From positions 1 to 37,172 of the forward strand of contig CAMAPH010000030.1 in the NCBI GenBank assembly GCA_945859975.1: DNA of 37,172 bases. The letters run 5' to 3'. A program made the translations under genes and the position numbers. This document shows positions 17,335 through 27,109 of this stretch, piece by piece. The notes beneath the pieces were generated by a model. The model did no database searches and was not told the DNA's origin. It was given only the letters and a program-made list of their open reading frames with translations. Source of the stretch: Chthonomonas calidirosea (GTDB lineage: Bacteria; Armatimonadota; Fimbriimonadia; Fimbriimonadales; Fimbriimonadaceae). Position 1 is the stretch's first letter. Every line of letters starts with the position of its first letter.

Positions 17335-18176
17335 TGCCAGAACTGCCAGAAGTTGAGTCAGTCCGGCGCCTGATGGCGTCGGCACTGATCGGGCAGCGAT
17401 TGATCGACGTGGAAGTGGTGCCGGACGAAATCGTCTGCTCGGGTCACTCGACGGAAGAAGTTGATGCTGCCCTGCGCAATCGGGTTGTTACCGGAGTTCA
17501 TCGTCGCGGCAAGTTCTTCTGGCTTACTTTCGATTCGCCACCGGTGGTCTTCGGCCACCTCGGAATGGCGGGTTGGATTAGAGAAGTCGGCGCCGATTCG
17601 CTTCGACTTCATTCGCATGGGGAAGCTCCGATGGACGAGGAAAATGGCCGTCCGAGGTTCCTGAAGCTCCTCATGAAAGCCGAGAACGGTCGGCAGATTG
17701 CCTTCACCGATTCCCGCCGCTTCGCCCGAATATGGCTCGGCGAATCCGCCGAAACCAACGATCGCGTGAAGAAGCTTGGCCCAGACGCTTTCAACGAAGC
17801 ACTATCCGTCGCTGACTTTACGAAGGCGATCCAAAAGCGAAAGGCACCGATCAAGGCGATTCTTCTTGATCAGTCTCTCATGAGCGGAATCGGAAACTGG
17901 ATCGCGGACGAGGTGTTGTATCACGCAAGAATCAATCCGGCGAGGATCGGAACGAGCATCTCGGACTCGGAATCGGAGCGACTTCATGCATCTATTGCCT
18001 ACGTCCTTGACCTTGCGGTAAACGTGGAAGCGGACTACACCAAGTTCCCAGAGAACTGGCTGTTCCATCACCGCTGGGGTGGCAAAAAAGGGGCAGACTT
18101 GATCGAAGGTCGAGAAATTCAGCGCGACACCGTTGGAGGGCGAACAACTGCATGGGTTCCCGCAATTCAGCTTTAA
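17334..18176 (+). CDS. mutM: Fpg/Nei family DNA glycosylase/AP lyase (zincless-finger type)
   Basis: MPELPEVE, RRGKF, HLGMAG, D.RRFARI, LGPD, H2TH GIGNWIADEVL; C-terminus has no Cys4. Confidence 0.92.
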   Translation: MPELPEVESVRRLMASALIGQRLIDVEVVPDEIVCSGHSTEEVDAALRNRVVTGVHRRGKFFWLTFDSPPVVFGHLGMAGWIREVGADSLRLHSHGEAPMDEENGRPRFLKLLMKAENGRQIAFTDSRRFARIWLGESAETNDRVKKLGPDAFNEALSVADFTKAIQKRKAPIKAILLDQSLMSGIGNWIADEVLYHARINPARIGTSISDSESERLHASIAYVLDLAVNVEADYTKFPENWLFHHRWGGKKGADLIEGREIQRDTVGGRTTAWVPAIQL

Positions 18177-18631
18177 CCATCAGAGCTGCCGAACTCTCCG
18201 AAATGGATGAGGTTCGCCAACTTTTTCGCGAGTACCAAACCGAGCTCAACGTCGATCTCTGTTTCCAGTCATTCGAAGAAGAGCTTGATTCGCTTCCGGA
18301 AAAATACGCGCCGCCCAAAGGCCAGTTACTGCTCGGAATGGTTGATGGCACCATACAAGGATGTGTGGCGTTCCGTAGCCTGGACGCAGGCGTTTGCGAA
18401 ATGAAGCGGCTCTTCGTCCGGCCAGCCGCACGTTCAGCTGGCTTGGGAAGACGGCTTGTCGCCGAGATACTGTCGCATGCAAAGAGTGCCGGCTACGAGT
18501 CGATGGTGCTCGATACCCTCGATCGTCTTCACTCGGCGCGACTGCTGTATGAACGCGCAGGCTTCGTCGAGGTTCCGGCGTACTACGAGAACCCACTAGA
18601 AGGCGTGATTTTCTTGCAGCGAAAACTCTAG
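18152..18631 (+). CDS. GNAT family N-acetyltransferase
   Basis: DLCFQSFEEEL..LP..Y, CEMKRLFVRP..R..GLG, LYERAGF. Confidence 0.9.
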   Translation: MGSRNSALTIRAAELSEMDEVRQLFREYQTELNVDLCFQSFEEELDSLPEKYAPPKGQLLLGMVDGTIQGCVAFRSLDAGVCEMKRLFVRPAARSAGLGRRLVAEILSHAKSAGYESMVLDTLDRLHSARLLYERAGFVEVPAYYENPLEGVIFLQRKL

Positions 18632-18636
18632 GCCGC

Positions 18637-18664
18637 TTGCAGGTCGTCCTTTCAGTGTTATTCT
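18637..18664 (+). promoter_or_regulatory. Putative extended -10 promoter for the tandem 445-aa genes
   Basis: TTGCAG(18637-18642)-16 nt-TATTCT(18659-18664) with TG at 18656-18657. Confidence 0.5.
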
Positions 18665-18680
18665 GTTACGCAGACCAGCC

Positions 18681-20018
18681 ATGAAGAACCTTCTGACTCG
18701 CGCAAGCATCGTGTCCAGTATCGCCCTTGTTGCCGCTTCAGCGATGGCTCAGCCGTTCACGCAAAGTTCAATTGCCGGAAATGACAAAGCATGGATGCTA
18801 CTCAGCCCGAAATTTGTGGCAGATGGTGAGTGTACGGATCTGGGTTGGTCGTCCGATGGACGATTCCTGCTTGTTAACCGTTCGCGGATGGAGCTGACAA
18901 CGAAGTACATCCAGCAGATTTTCTCAAAATCGTCTGCGCCGCAAGAACCGCCACCAAGCCTTGGAGAGATCGTCACCTTCTCGATGGAAACGGGCAAGTC
19001 CAGGGTGATCTATAAGTACGACGCATCCTTGTTTCGCGCCGAGAGTAAGTGGCTTGGCACAGGAAGCGCGGTCATTTTCTCCTTGCAATCCAATTTGACG
19101 TCGCTTATCAGCGTGTTTGTCAGCACGGCCGATGGAGATGTTAAGCAATTGAACTTAGGCGAAAAGGTCAACCTGATCCAGTACTTCCCATCACCCACGC
19201 GGGCTGAGATGGTGATTCAATTACACAGTGAGTCAGATGGAATGACCGTTCAACGGGTGAACTCGTCGGGTCCGGTCGGCCGAACCTTAAAAACCGCGAG
19301 CGGAAGCGAACCAGTTGCTTACCTGAAGAACGGGAACGAGATTCTCTTTGCTGGCATGCGCCGAACAACTGGACCACTCTCGTCTGACGGCAAAACTAGA
19401 GAAGCCGAAGCCTTCTTTGAAGCCGTTAATGTTCAGACAGGTGCAACACGGCCCGCGACGAAATCGGAGTACGACGCAGCCTACGACGGCGAAGAGCCGC
19501 AACTGGCACTTGATGAAAAGCCGGTTCAAGTCGATTCAAAGCTGAAGCCGCTGACATCCGCAATTTTTCGGTCTGCGGATGAACTCGTGCTGATTGCCGC
19601 CGATGTGTCCCTGGTAAAGCCAAACCGACAACTCACCGGCGTGGCCTACGTCTCTCAGGGCACGATATTTGTTCGACCGATTGCGGAGGTGCCACTCGCA
19701 GCCTTCCTAGATGCTAAGGACGCAGCGGAGCGAACTAAGATCATCAGTAATGCAAAGCAGGTCGCTTTAGGACTTATCATTTATGCAGCTGATAACGATG
19801 ACAACTTGCCTTCAAATCAGGGAAAGTGGCAGGATTCGATCTTCCCGTACCTCAAAGACCGAAACACGATGGACGGGTTTGTTTTAGCATTTAAGGGAGG
19901 GAGTATTTTAAAGGTAGAAGACCCTTCCAAAACGATCATGGGATACATTCCGGGGAAGGGTGGTCGAGCCGTTGCTTACGTAGACGGTCACGTGAGGTGG
20001 ATCAAAGATGGCAACTAG
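18681..20018 (+). CDS. Secreted protein: propeller-like N-region + C-terminal pilin-like (DUF1559/H-X9-DG-like) domain, paralog 1
   Basis: Signal peptide ending AMA; WSSDGRFLL TolB/WD40-like motif; SNAKQVALGLIIYAADNDDNLP and AYVDGHV. Confidence 0.8.
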   Translation: MKNLLTRASIVSSIALVAASAMAQPFTQSSIAGNDKAWMLLSPKFVADGECTDLGWSSDGRFLLVNRSRMELTTKYIQQIFSKSSAPQEPPPSLGEIVTFSMETGKSRVIYKYDASLFRAESKWLGTGSAVIFSLQSNLTSLISVFVSTADGDVKQLNLGEKVNLIQYFPSPTRAEMVIQLHSESDGMTVQRVNSSGPVGRTLKTASGSEPVAYLKNGNEILFAGMRRTTGPLSSDGKTREAEAFFEAVNVQTGATRPATKSEYDAAYDGEEPQLALDEKPVQVDSKLKPLTSAIFRSADELVLIAADVSLVKPNRQLTGVAYVSQGTIFVRPIAEVPLAAFLDAKDAAERTKIISNAKQVALGLIIYAADNDDNLPSNQGKWQDSIFPYLKDRNTMDGFVLAFKGGSILKVEDPSKTIMGYIPGKGGRAVAYVDGHVRWIKDGN

Positions 20019-21345
20019 AGCGTCCGCCGCGCTTTTGGCGTTAATTCCGCTGCTTGCCTTTGGCCAGACTCGGTCTCAAAATTCCGTCAACTGGATCCTT
20101 CCGGTCAAGGACAAAGCGCTGTTTTTCATGCCCGCCAAGTTCGTTTCGGAAGGGGAAGTCCGCGAGATGTTTTGGTCGCGGGACGGAAAGTATCTCCTTG
20201 TGAATCGTACGTCTCAAGCCGTAACCCCCGAGATTCTGGAAGCGCAGTTTAAGCCATCGGCAAGTGGGGTCTCCATGCCGAAACTGGTAGGCGAGATCCT
20301 TGTATGGAATTCGGTAACGGCAACAACTCGCAGCATCAAGAAGTACGATGCCGAGACGACTCAAGTCAGTGCTCGATGGCTTGGCAATGCGAACTCGGTT
20401 ACGTTTACGTTCACCTCACAAAAGGCTCGCACTGTTCAACTGTTCTCTAGTACCGCTGATGGTTCTGTGCGAGAACTGCCTCCGTTTCTGGATAGCATCG
20501 AGAGCACCATTTCTCCCCTAACAAATTCCGCCGAGGCTCTACTAACGCTGAGAGGTGTCGATGGTCTGGAAACGGTGCGAAAGTTCAACGTGTCGCTTCA
20601 GTTTGGCCCAGTCCTCAACCGCTCCACCGAGCAGTTCAAGAAGTTCCTTGCAAGCTCAAATGAAGTCGTTGTCAGCCCACTGGTACCGACGGACGAGAAG
20701 GGCAAGCCAGTGAGCTCCGTGCCAACGTATCGCGGGATCAATGCGGCAACCGGACAGGGCCGGTCCTTGACCGAAGCCGAAGTCAATCCGCCAGTTGAAC
20801 CTGAGGTGCCGTTAAAGGAGCCCAAAGATCCCACGCTAGTCAGCTCGGACATGTCATTCAGTCTGACCGGAGGCGCAACGCGGATCGTTTTGATCAAAGC
20901 GGAAAAGGAATCCGTCCTTGTCAGTGGTGACGCGACGATGGCTTTGGCTAATGATCAGTTGACGGCAGTCGCCTTCCAAACGCAGGGAGTGATCCTCGTC
21001 CGACCGATTGCGACGGTTCCCCTCGCGATGTTCGAATCTGCGAAAGTGGAAGCCGAGAAATCCAAACTGATGACCCAAGCCAAGGAACTCGTAAAGGGTT
21101 TCGGATATTACGCCCAAGATCATCACGACACGCTTCCGGGGCCCGGTGGAAACTGGAAGTCAGAGCTCCAACCGTACATGCTTCATGCGGGCCTGCTCGA
21201 GGGGTTCGTGCTCGCTTTCGAGGGTGGGGTCGTTAGCTCGGTCGAGAAGCCCGGCGAAACGGTGCTGGGTTACGTCTACGGGCGAAACGGCAGAGTAGCC
21301 GCCTATCTCGATGGCAGCGTGCGGTGGATTCCGAACGGCAAGTAA
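20008..21345 (+). CDS. Secreted protein: propeller-like N-region + C-terminal pilin-like domain, paralog 2
   Basis: Signal peptide; WSRDGKYLL; colinear similarity to paralog 1 (DKA..PKFV..GE, QG.I.VRPIA.VPLA.F, GFVLAF.GG, AYLDGSVRWI). Confidence 0.8.
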   Translation: MATRASAALLALIPLLAFGQTRSQNSVNWILPVKDKALFFMPAKFVSEGEVREMFWSRDGKYLLVNRTSQAVTPEILEAQFKPSASGVSMPKLVGEILVWNSVTATTRSIKKYDAETTQVSARWLGNANSVTFTFTSQKARTVQLFSSTADGSVRELPPFLDSIESTISPLTNSAEALLTLRGVDGLETVRKFNVSLQFGPVLNRSTEQFKKFLASSNEVVVSPLVPTDEKGKPVSSVPTYRGINAATGQGRSLTEAEVNPPVEPEVPLKEPKDPTLVSSDMSFSLTGGATRIVLIKAEKESVLVSGDATMALANDQLTAVAFQTQGVILVRPIATVPLAMFESAKVEAEKSKLMTQAKELVKGFGYYAQDHHDTLPGPGGNWKSELQPYMLHAGLLEGFVLAFEGGVVSSVEKPGETVLGYVYGRNGRVAAYLDGSVRWIPNGK

Positions 21346-21354
21346 CCTAGCAAC

Positions 21355-22197
21355 ATGGTTGAAGGCCGCTGGGACTTAACGATTCATGACGTCAAAGGTG
21401 ACTACCCAAGTTGGGTGGATCTTTCTCCGCAGGAGGGCTGGTTTGTCGGACGGTTTGGAAGCGCTCGCCCAATCCCGACGATCTCCCTCACCGAAAACTC
21501 CGTAGAATGGGCCCTTCCGAAGCAGTACGAAGGTCGAGAAACGGATCTGCAGTTCACCGGAACGCTCACCGAAGATGGCATTTCCGGCACAACGACGAAC
21601 GACAGTGGTGAAGTGGTTCAGTGGTCCGGTCGAAAAGCTCCCGCACTCCCGTCAACGGATAGTCCCGTCTGGGGTGAGGTCGTCTCGCTGGTCCAATCGG
21701 ACCTCAGCCACTGGCACCCACGAAGCCCAGAATGGACGAACCAGTGGAGCATCACCGCAAATGGTCTCGAGAACGCAGGCGTCGGAACCGACCTGATCAC
21801 CCGAAACACCTTTGGTGACTTCCGACTGGTGGCCGAGTACCGGTACCCGAAGGGTAGCAACTCTGGCATCTATCTTCGCGGGAGATACGAGTTCCAAATC
21901 CTCGACGATCACGGACACGAGCCAACCGTCGGAAGCAGCGCCGCGATCTACGGATTCCTTATCCCGAGCGAGAACGCCGTTCATGCGCACGACGAGTGGA
22001 ACACCGCCGAGGTCACGCTGCTCGGTCGGTTCATTACGGTCGTGCTAAATGGCAAAACCGTCATCGAGAACGCGGAAATTCCCGGCATTACGGGTGGCGC
22101 CCTGGAGTCCCGAGAAGACCTGCCCGGCCCTCTCTTTGTTCAGGGAGATCACGGTCCTGTGACCTTCCGAAAACTGGACCTGTATCCGAGAATCTAG
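21355..22197 (+). CDS. DUF1080 (3-keto-disaccharide hydrolase-like) protein
   Basis: FGDFRL..EY, NSGIYLRGRYEFQILD, EWN, GPLFVQGDHGPVTFR. Confidence 0.88.
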   Translation: MVEGRWDLTIHDVKGDYPSWVDLSPQEGWFVGRFGSARPIPTISLTENSVEWALPKQYEGRETDLQFTGTLTEDGISGTTTNDSGEVVQWSGRKAPALPSTDSPVWGEVVSLVQSDLSHWHPRSPEWTNQWSITANGLENAGVGTDLITRNTFGDFRLVAEYRYPKGSNSGIYLRGRYEFQILDDHGHEPTVGSSAAIYGFLIPSENAVHAHDEWNTAEVTLLGRFITVVLNGKTVIENAEIPGITGGALESREDLPGPLFVQGDHGPVTFRKLDLYPRI

Positions 22198-22198
22198 G

Positions 22199-23584
22199 CT
22201 AGAACGCGGGGGACCACAGGTCCTCCGCGTCGCTCTCGTCTTCGGAAAGCAGTAGACCGGGCGCCGCGCTGACCGGCGCGGAAGGGCGCTCGATGGGAAC
22301 TCCCGTCGTCGCCTTTTCTTCCAGATGGAGCTCCTTGGCTCGATCCTCTGCACCAGGAGAAACGGGCCAAACCGTACCGGCCGCCCAGTAACTTTCCAAA
22401 AACTCCGCCCACACGCGCTCGTAAACCGCAATCGTCTGGGTAGCCAGATTCGCCCAGGAAAAGTCCGTCGAGAGCCGATCCTTGGCTTGCTCCCTAATCT
22501 TCGCCGCCCGTTCAGGGTCTTGCAGAACCCGCGACACACCCCAAGCGAGGGAAGCGGTGTCTCCGGCGAACGTTGTAGTTCCGGTCAAATCATGGCTAAC
22601 CACTTCGGGAAGTCCACCCGCGTCGGAGCAAACTACCGACGTTCCAGCCGCCATCGCCTCAAGCGCGACAATCCCAAAAGGTTCGTAAAGCGAAGGGAAC
22701 ACCGCAACGTCGGCACAGCGATACAGTTCCAGTAGCTTTCGCCCAGAGATAAATCCGGTGAAGTGGATTCGAGATCGCAATCCGGACCAATCCACGAAGC
22801 CTTCAAACTTCTCGCGATTACCGCCGCCGGCGATCACAAAGCGAGTGTTCGGCTCGGCCGCTAGGATCGCGTGGGCAGAGTTCAGCAGAACCTGAATGCC
22901 TTTCTCTCGCACAAATCGGCCGACGTAAAGCACGATCTTCTCGTCCGGTGCCGCATATTGCTCCCGGGCCGCGAGCCGTTCGGCTTCGGTCCAATCGAAC
23001 TTGAACTTGTCCGCATTTACGCCGTTAAAGATGACGTCCGTCTTTTCCCACGGACAGTTGAACGTGCGGTGAACTTCACCGCGCATGAACTCGGAGCAGA
23101 TGATCACGCGCCAGGCTTCGTAAGTGAGCCAGTACTCCTGGTCGTGGATGTAGCGGGAAACGTTGTTGTGAATTCCGCCATGTCGACCGGTCTCCGTAGC
23201 GTGGACCGTCGCCACCATTGGAAGCTTGTATTCGTACTTCAGCTCCCGGGCTGAATCAAGCGAAAGCCAGTCGTGGGCATGAAAGATGGTTGGTTGTCCG
23301 CCGGGTCGCCAGTCTTCTAGCAGCTGCCGAACCCGCAAGTCGGTTGCTTGGTTCAGAAGCTGGATTTCGTGCAGAAAGTCGTTCGGCGTTCCGGAGAGCT
23401 CGACTCGGTGGACATGCACACCGGAAGCTTCCGTCTCTTCGTTGGGGGCATTGGGCGTCGCCTTGGTGACAACGTGGACCTCAACGCCTTGCTTGACCAG
23501 TTCTTGCGAAAGCTCGTAGACGTGCGGGCTGATGCCTCCCACAATCCGAGGCGGGTATTCCCAAGAGAGCATCATCACGCGCAT
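22199..23584 (-). CDS. Glycosyltransferase family 4
   Basis: MRVMMLSWEYPP..VGG, HAHDW, YVGRFVREKG, PSLYEPFGIVALEAMA; ATG 23584 preferred over 23635. Confidence 0.93.
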   Translation of the reverse strand: MRVMMLSWEYPPRIVGGISPHVYELSQELVKQGVEVHVVTKATPNAPNEETEASGVHVHRVELSGTPNDFLHEIQLLNQATDLRVRQLLEDWRPGGQPTIFHAHDWLSLDSARELKYEYKLPMVATVHATETGRHGGIHNNVSRYIHDQEYWLTYEAWRVIICSEFMRGEVHRTFNCPWEKTDVIFNGVNADKFKFDWTEAERLAAREQYAAPDEKIVLYVGRFVREKGIQVLLNSAHAILAAEPNTRFVIAGGGNREKFEGFVDWSGLRSRIHFTGFISGRKLLELYRCADVAVFPSLYEPFGIVALEAMAAGTSVVCSDAGGLPEVVSHDLTGTTTFAGDTASLAWGVSRVLQDPERAAKIREQAKDRLSTDFSWANLATQTIAVYERVWAEFLESYWAAGTVWPVSPGAEDRAKELHLEEKATTGVPIERPSAPVSAAPGLLLSEDESDAEDLWSPAF

Positions 23585-23594
23585 AGCGACTTGA

Positions 23595-24437
23595 TTATGC
23601 GGCAGGTTCGCCCGATTCGAGGACGTAGATTTCACGATACGCGCGGAACAGCTCGAGCCCGAAGAAGAAAATTTGGGCGGTGTAGAAAATCCAGAGGAGC
23701 AAAATGACCAGCGCGCCGGCGGATCCGTACGCTTTCGTCACCGGAATAAGCTCGAAGTAGTAACCCATCAAGTTTCGGCAGAGCCAGATCCCGATGGCGG
23801 TCACCGCGGCGGCAGGCCAAACTTCTCGCCATTTCACCGCAATCGGTGCAAGCGTCCGAAACCAGATTCCGACCAGCCCAATCAGCACCGACAACAGGCT
23901 AACCATCGTAAAGACTTTGGCAACCGGACCCGCGAAGCGTTGAGAAAGCCCAACCAGCACCGAATCCGCAAAGAACCAGAGCAAGGCCGTTCCGCCGTAA
24001 ACCAAAACCCCAAGGAACGCCCGAGCTCGCATGATGAGCCAGTTCTTCACGACGTGCCCTTTCATCGTGTAGCCGAAGACGGTATTCACCCCATCTTGTA
24101 GCGCGACGAACAGGTTCGAGGCGGAGAAGAAGGTGATTGCAAAGGAAAGAAGCGTTGCAAGAATCCCGTTCTCTGGCTTCTTCGCTCCGGCAATGACCTC
24201 GCCAACGTAATCGGCGGCTTCCTTTCCGACCGCATCTCGAATCTGGGCAAGGATCGGCTCGTTTGCCCCTTGCTGCCCGAACCACTGCGCCGCAACGTAC
24301 ACGCCAACCACCAAGGTCGGCGCGATACTGAGCGCCGCAAAGAAGCTGAACGCCCCGGCGAGGCGAGCTAAGTTGTGTGGGCCCGAATTGTCGATGGCCC
24401 GGATGATCCAAGCGCGTAGTTTTTCGAATCTGGTCAT
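23595..24437 (-). CDS. YihY/virulence factor BrkB family membrane protein
   Basis: LAGAFSFFAALSIAP, YGSAGALVILLLWIFYTAQIFFFG; ATG 24437 preferred. Confidence 0.9.
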   Translation of the reverse strand: MTRFEKLRAWIIRAIDNSGPHNLARLAGAFSFFAALSIAPTLVVGVYVAAQWFGQQGANEPILAQIRDAVGKEAADYVGEVIAGAKKPENGILATLLSFAITFFSASNLFVALQDGVNTVFGYTMKGHVVKNWLIMRARAFLGVLVYGGTALLWFFADSVLVGLSQRFAGPVAKVFTMVSLLSVLIGLVGIWFRTLAPIAVKWREVWPAAAVTAIGIWLCRNLMGYYFELIPVTKAYGSAGALVILLLWIFYTAQIFFFGLELFRAYREIYVLESGEPAA

Positions 24438-24476
24438 GTGCGAAATCCTCGCGCTAACGTAGTATCCCAAGAAGTC

Positions 24477-25529
24477 ATGTCGATCGCCGTGTCCGAGAAC
24501 CCGAAACTACTTTCCCTCACGGATCGCGGATTGTATTGCAAGGTCGGAGATTTTTACGTCGATCCGTGGCGATCGGTAGAGAACGCGGTGATAACCCACG
24601 CTCATTCAGACCACGCCAGGTGGGGAATGAAGCGCTACCTGTGCTCTCAAGAGGGCGAAGGTGTGCTCCGAAGGCGACTCGCACCGGAAAGCAATATCTC
24701 CTCCTTTGCCTACGGTGAGTGGTTGAACATCAACGGAGTCAACGTTTCGTTGCACCCGGCTGGCCACATACTTGGCTCGGCTCAGGTGCGAATTGAGCTG
24801 GATGGGGAAGTCGCCGTGGTGTCGGGCGATTACAAAACCGCACCCGACACGACTTGCTCTGCGTTTGAACCCGTGCGATGCCATACCTTCGTGACCGAAT
24901 GCACGTTCGGATTGCCGATCTATCGTTGGGATACCGATGAGGAAATCTTCGCTTCGATCAACGAATGGTGGAAAGAGAATCAAGCGCGCGGTCGGTGCTC
25001 AATCCTCCTGGGCTACGCCCTCGGAAAGTCGCAAAGGGCGCTTTCTGGGCTAGATCCGAGCATCGGACCAATCTTGGCTCACGGCGCGGTGCACGCGATG
25101 AACGAGGCATACCGAGAAGCGGGGATTTCGCTGCCGATAACCCGAAGGCTCGGCGAACTTCCGACCGGTTTTGACTTCGCACAGGCCCTTGTTTTGGCCC
25201 CGCCCAGCGTTCAGGGCTCAACGTGGCTCCGACGCTTTGGCGAAGTCTCGACCGCGTTCATGTCCGGCTGGATGGCGGTTCGTGGCGCCAAACGGCGACG
25301 TGCAATGGACCGCGGGTTTGTTCTGAGCGACCATGTTGACTGGCCGTCTTTGCTCGGTGCGATCGAATCAACCGGAGCTGAGCGCATCTGGGCGACCCAT
25401 GGCTACACAAACATCCTCGTTCGGCATCTGAAGGAGCAAGGGAAGTGGGCCGAGGTTCTTTCCACCGAATGGGAAGGCGAGCAAGACGCAAGCGAACCCG
25501 GGACCGCTGAGCAGGAGGACCAGGCGTGA
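24477..25529 (+). CDS. Ligase-associated DNA damage response exonuclease (metallo-beta-lactamase/beta-CASP)
   Basis: GLYC..GDFYVDPW, ITHAHSDH, AGHILGSAQ, SGDYK, TECTFGLP, LSDHVDW, THG. Confidence 0.93.
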   Translation: MSIAVSENPKLLSLTDRGLYCKVGDFYVDPWRSVENAVITHAHSDHARWGMKRYLCSQEGEGVLRRRLAPESNISSFAYGEWLNINGVNVSLHPAGHILGSAQVRIELDGEVAVVSGDYKTAPDTTCSAFEPVRCHTFVTECTFGLPIYRWDTDEEIFASINEWWKENQARGRCSILLGYALGKSQRALSGLDPSIGPILAHGAVHAMNEAYREAGISLPITRRLGELPTGFDFAQALVLAPPSVQGSTWLRRFGEVSTAFMSGWMAVRGAKRRRAMDRGFVLSDHVDWPSLLGAIESTGAERIWATHGYTNILVRHLKEQGKWAEVLSTEWEGEQDASEPGTAEQEDQA

Positions 25530-27109
25530 GGGATTTTGCGAAGCTGTATCTCGAACTGGATTCCTCCAATCGGACCAACGACAAGGTCGCGTTTATGGTG
25601 GAGTACTTCCGGACGGCGTCGCCCGAAGACGCGGGCTGGGCGGTCTACTTCCTCACCGGACGCCGGCCCAAGCGTCCTTTTGCAAGCACAAAGTTTCAAC
25701 TCTGGGCGGCCGAGACGGCAGGAATCAGTCCTTGGCTGTTCACTGAGTGTTATGATGCCGTCGGAGACCTCGCCGAAACGATCGCGCTGGTCTTGCCTCC
25801 GCCGGTTCAGGAAAACACCGAGGGGCTGGCATGGTGGGTCCAAAACGTCCTGCTGATTCTGGCGAGGGAACCCGAAGAGAGCCAGCGCCAAATCGTTCAA
25901 AAGAGCTGGGAGAAGCTGAGCCATTCGGAACGGTTTGTATTCAACAAGCTCATTACGGGGGCTTTTCGGGTTGGCGTTTCTCAGGAACTGGTCGTAAGGG
26001 CGCTGTCAATTTCAAGTGGTGTGCCGCAAGCAACCCTGAGCCATCGCCTGATGGGCGATTGGACCGCCGGTTCGCTATTCTTCGAAAGCCTGTTGTCGCT
26101 GGATCACGACGTAACGGAAGATTTAAGTCGGCCGTACCCGTTCTGTCTTGCTCATCCGCTGGAGGCGGAGGCAAGTTCGTTGGGCGACCTTTCGGATTGG
26201 GATATCGAATGGAAATGGGACGGCATCCGAGCCCAGGTCATCCGGCGAGGCGGTAACACCTACGTCTGGTCGCGTGGCGAAGAGCTAATCACCGCTCGCT
26301 TCCCGGAAATCGCCGCAATCGGCGACCGATTGCCCGAAGGCACGGTCATCGACGGGGAGATATTGGCCTGGTCTGACGGCCGACCACTCCCGTTCGCCGA
26401 GCTTCAGAAACGCATTGGCCGAAAGACGGTGGGCGCAAAGCTGCTACAAACGGTGCCTGTAACCCTGATTGCCTTTGATGTCTTGGAATTCCAGGGCCGA
26501 GATGTTCGGGCAGATCCGTTGTCCGAGAGGCTGCAAATTCTTACCCAACTCAAGACGAGCGGACTTGTTGAGGTTCCAATGCCCGCGCAAGTCAACGAAT
26601 GGTCGGAACTAGCAGCCGTTCGAGAGCAGGCCCGCGATCTGCGTGTCGAAGGGCTAATGCTCAAGCGGAAATCGAGCGTTTACGGCGTCGGGCGTAAGCG
26701 TGGAGACTGGTGGAAATGGAAGCTCGAGCCATTCACCATCGATGCGGTCCTCATTTACGCCCAGCGGGGAAGCGGCAAGCGCGCATCGTTGTACACCGAC
26801 TACACGTTTGCCGTTTGGAATGACGAGAAACAACTCGTCCCCATCGCGAAGGCCTATTCAGGTCTGACCGACGCGGAAATTAAAGAAGTTGATGCCTTTG
26901 TCCGGAAGAACACGCAAGACAAGTTCGGCCCCGTGCGAACGGTGACGCCGATGCTCGTTATGGAACTAGCGTTCGAAGGGATTCAGAAGTCCAGCAGGCA
27001 CAAAAGCGGCATTGCGGTCAGATTTCCGAGGATCGCCCGATGGCGGCATGATAAAGGTCCAGACGATGCCAACACTCTGGCGGAAATCAAGAGCCTGATT
27101 CCAGACTAA
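25526..27109 (+). CDS. ATP-dependent DNA ligase (ligase-associated DNA damage response type)
   Basis: EWKWDGIR adenylation motif, DGEI, FDVL, EGLMLK, WWKWK, RHKSGIAVRFPR. Confidence 0.96.
   Translation: MRDFAKLYLELDSSNRTNDKVAFMVEYFRTASPEDAGWAVYFLTGRRPKRPFASTKFQLWAAETAGISPWLFTECYDAVGDLAETIALVLPPPVQENTEGLAWWVQNVLLILAREPEESQRQIVQKSWEKLSHSERFVFNKLITGAFRVGVSQELVVRALSISSGVPQATLSHRLMGDWTAGSLFFESLLSLDHDVTEDLSRPYPFCLAHPLEAEASSLGDLSDWDIEWKWDGIRAQVIRRGGNTYVWSRGEELITARFPEIAAIGDRLPEGTVIDGEILAWSDGRPLPFAELQKRIGRKTVGAKLLQTVPVTLIAFDVLEFQGRDVRADPLSERLQILTQLKTSGLVEVPMPAQVNEWSELAAVREQARDLRVEGLMLKRKSSVYGVGRKRGDWWKWKLEPFTIDAVLIYAQRGSGKRASLYTDYTFAVWNDEKQLVPIAKAYSGLTDAEIKEVDAFVRKNTQDKFGPVRTVTPMLVMELAFEGIQKSSRHKSGIAVRFPRIARWRHDKGPDDANTLAEIKSLIPD

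Noticed and set aside
16468..17385. 305-aa antisense ORF over the E2 gene
   Set aside because: Shadow frame of a well-supported conserved gene.
25526..27109. NHEJ LigD/Ku system
   Set aside because: No polymerase or phosphoesterase domains in the ligase and no Ku; context matches the exonuclease/Lhr/MPE-associated ligase.
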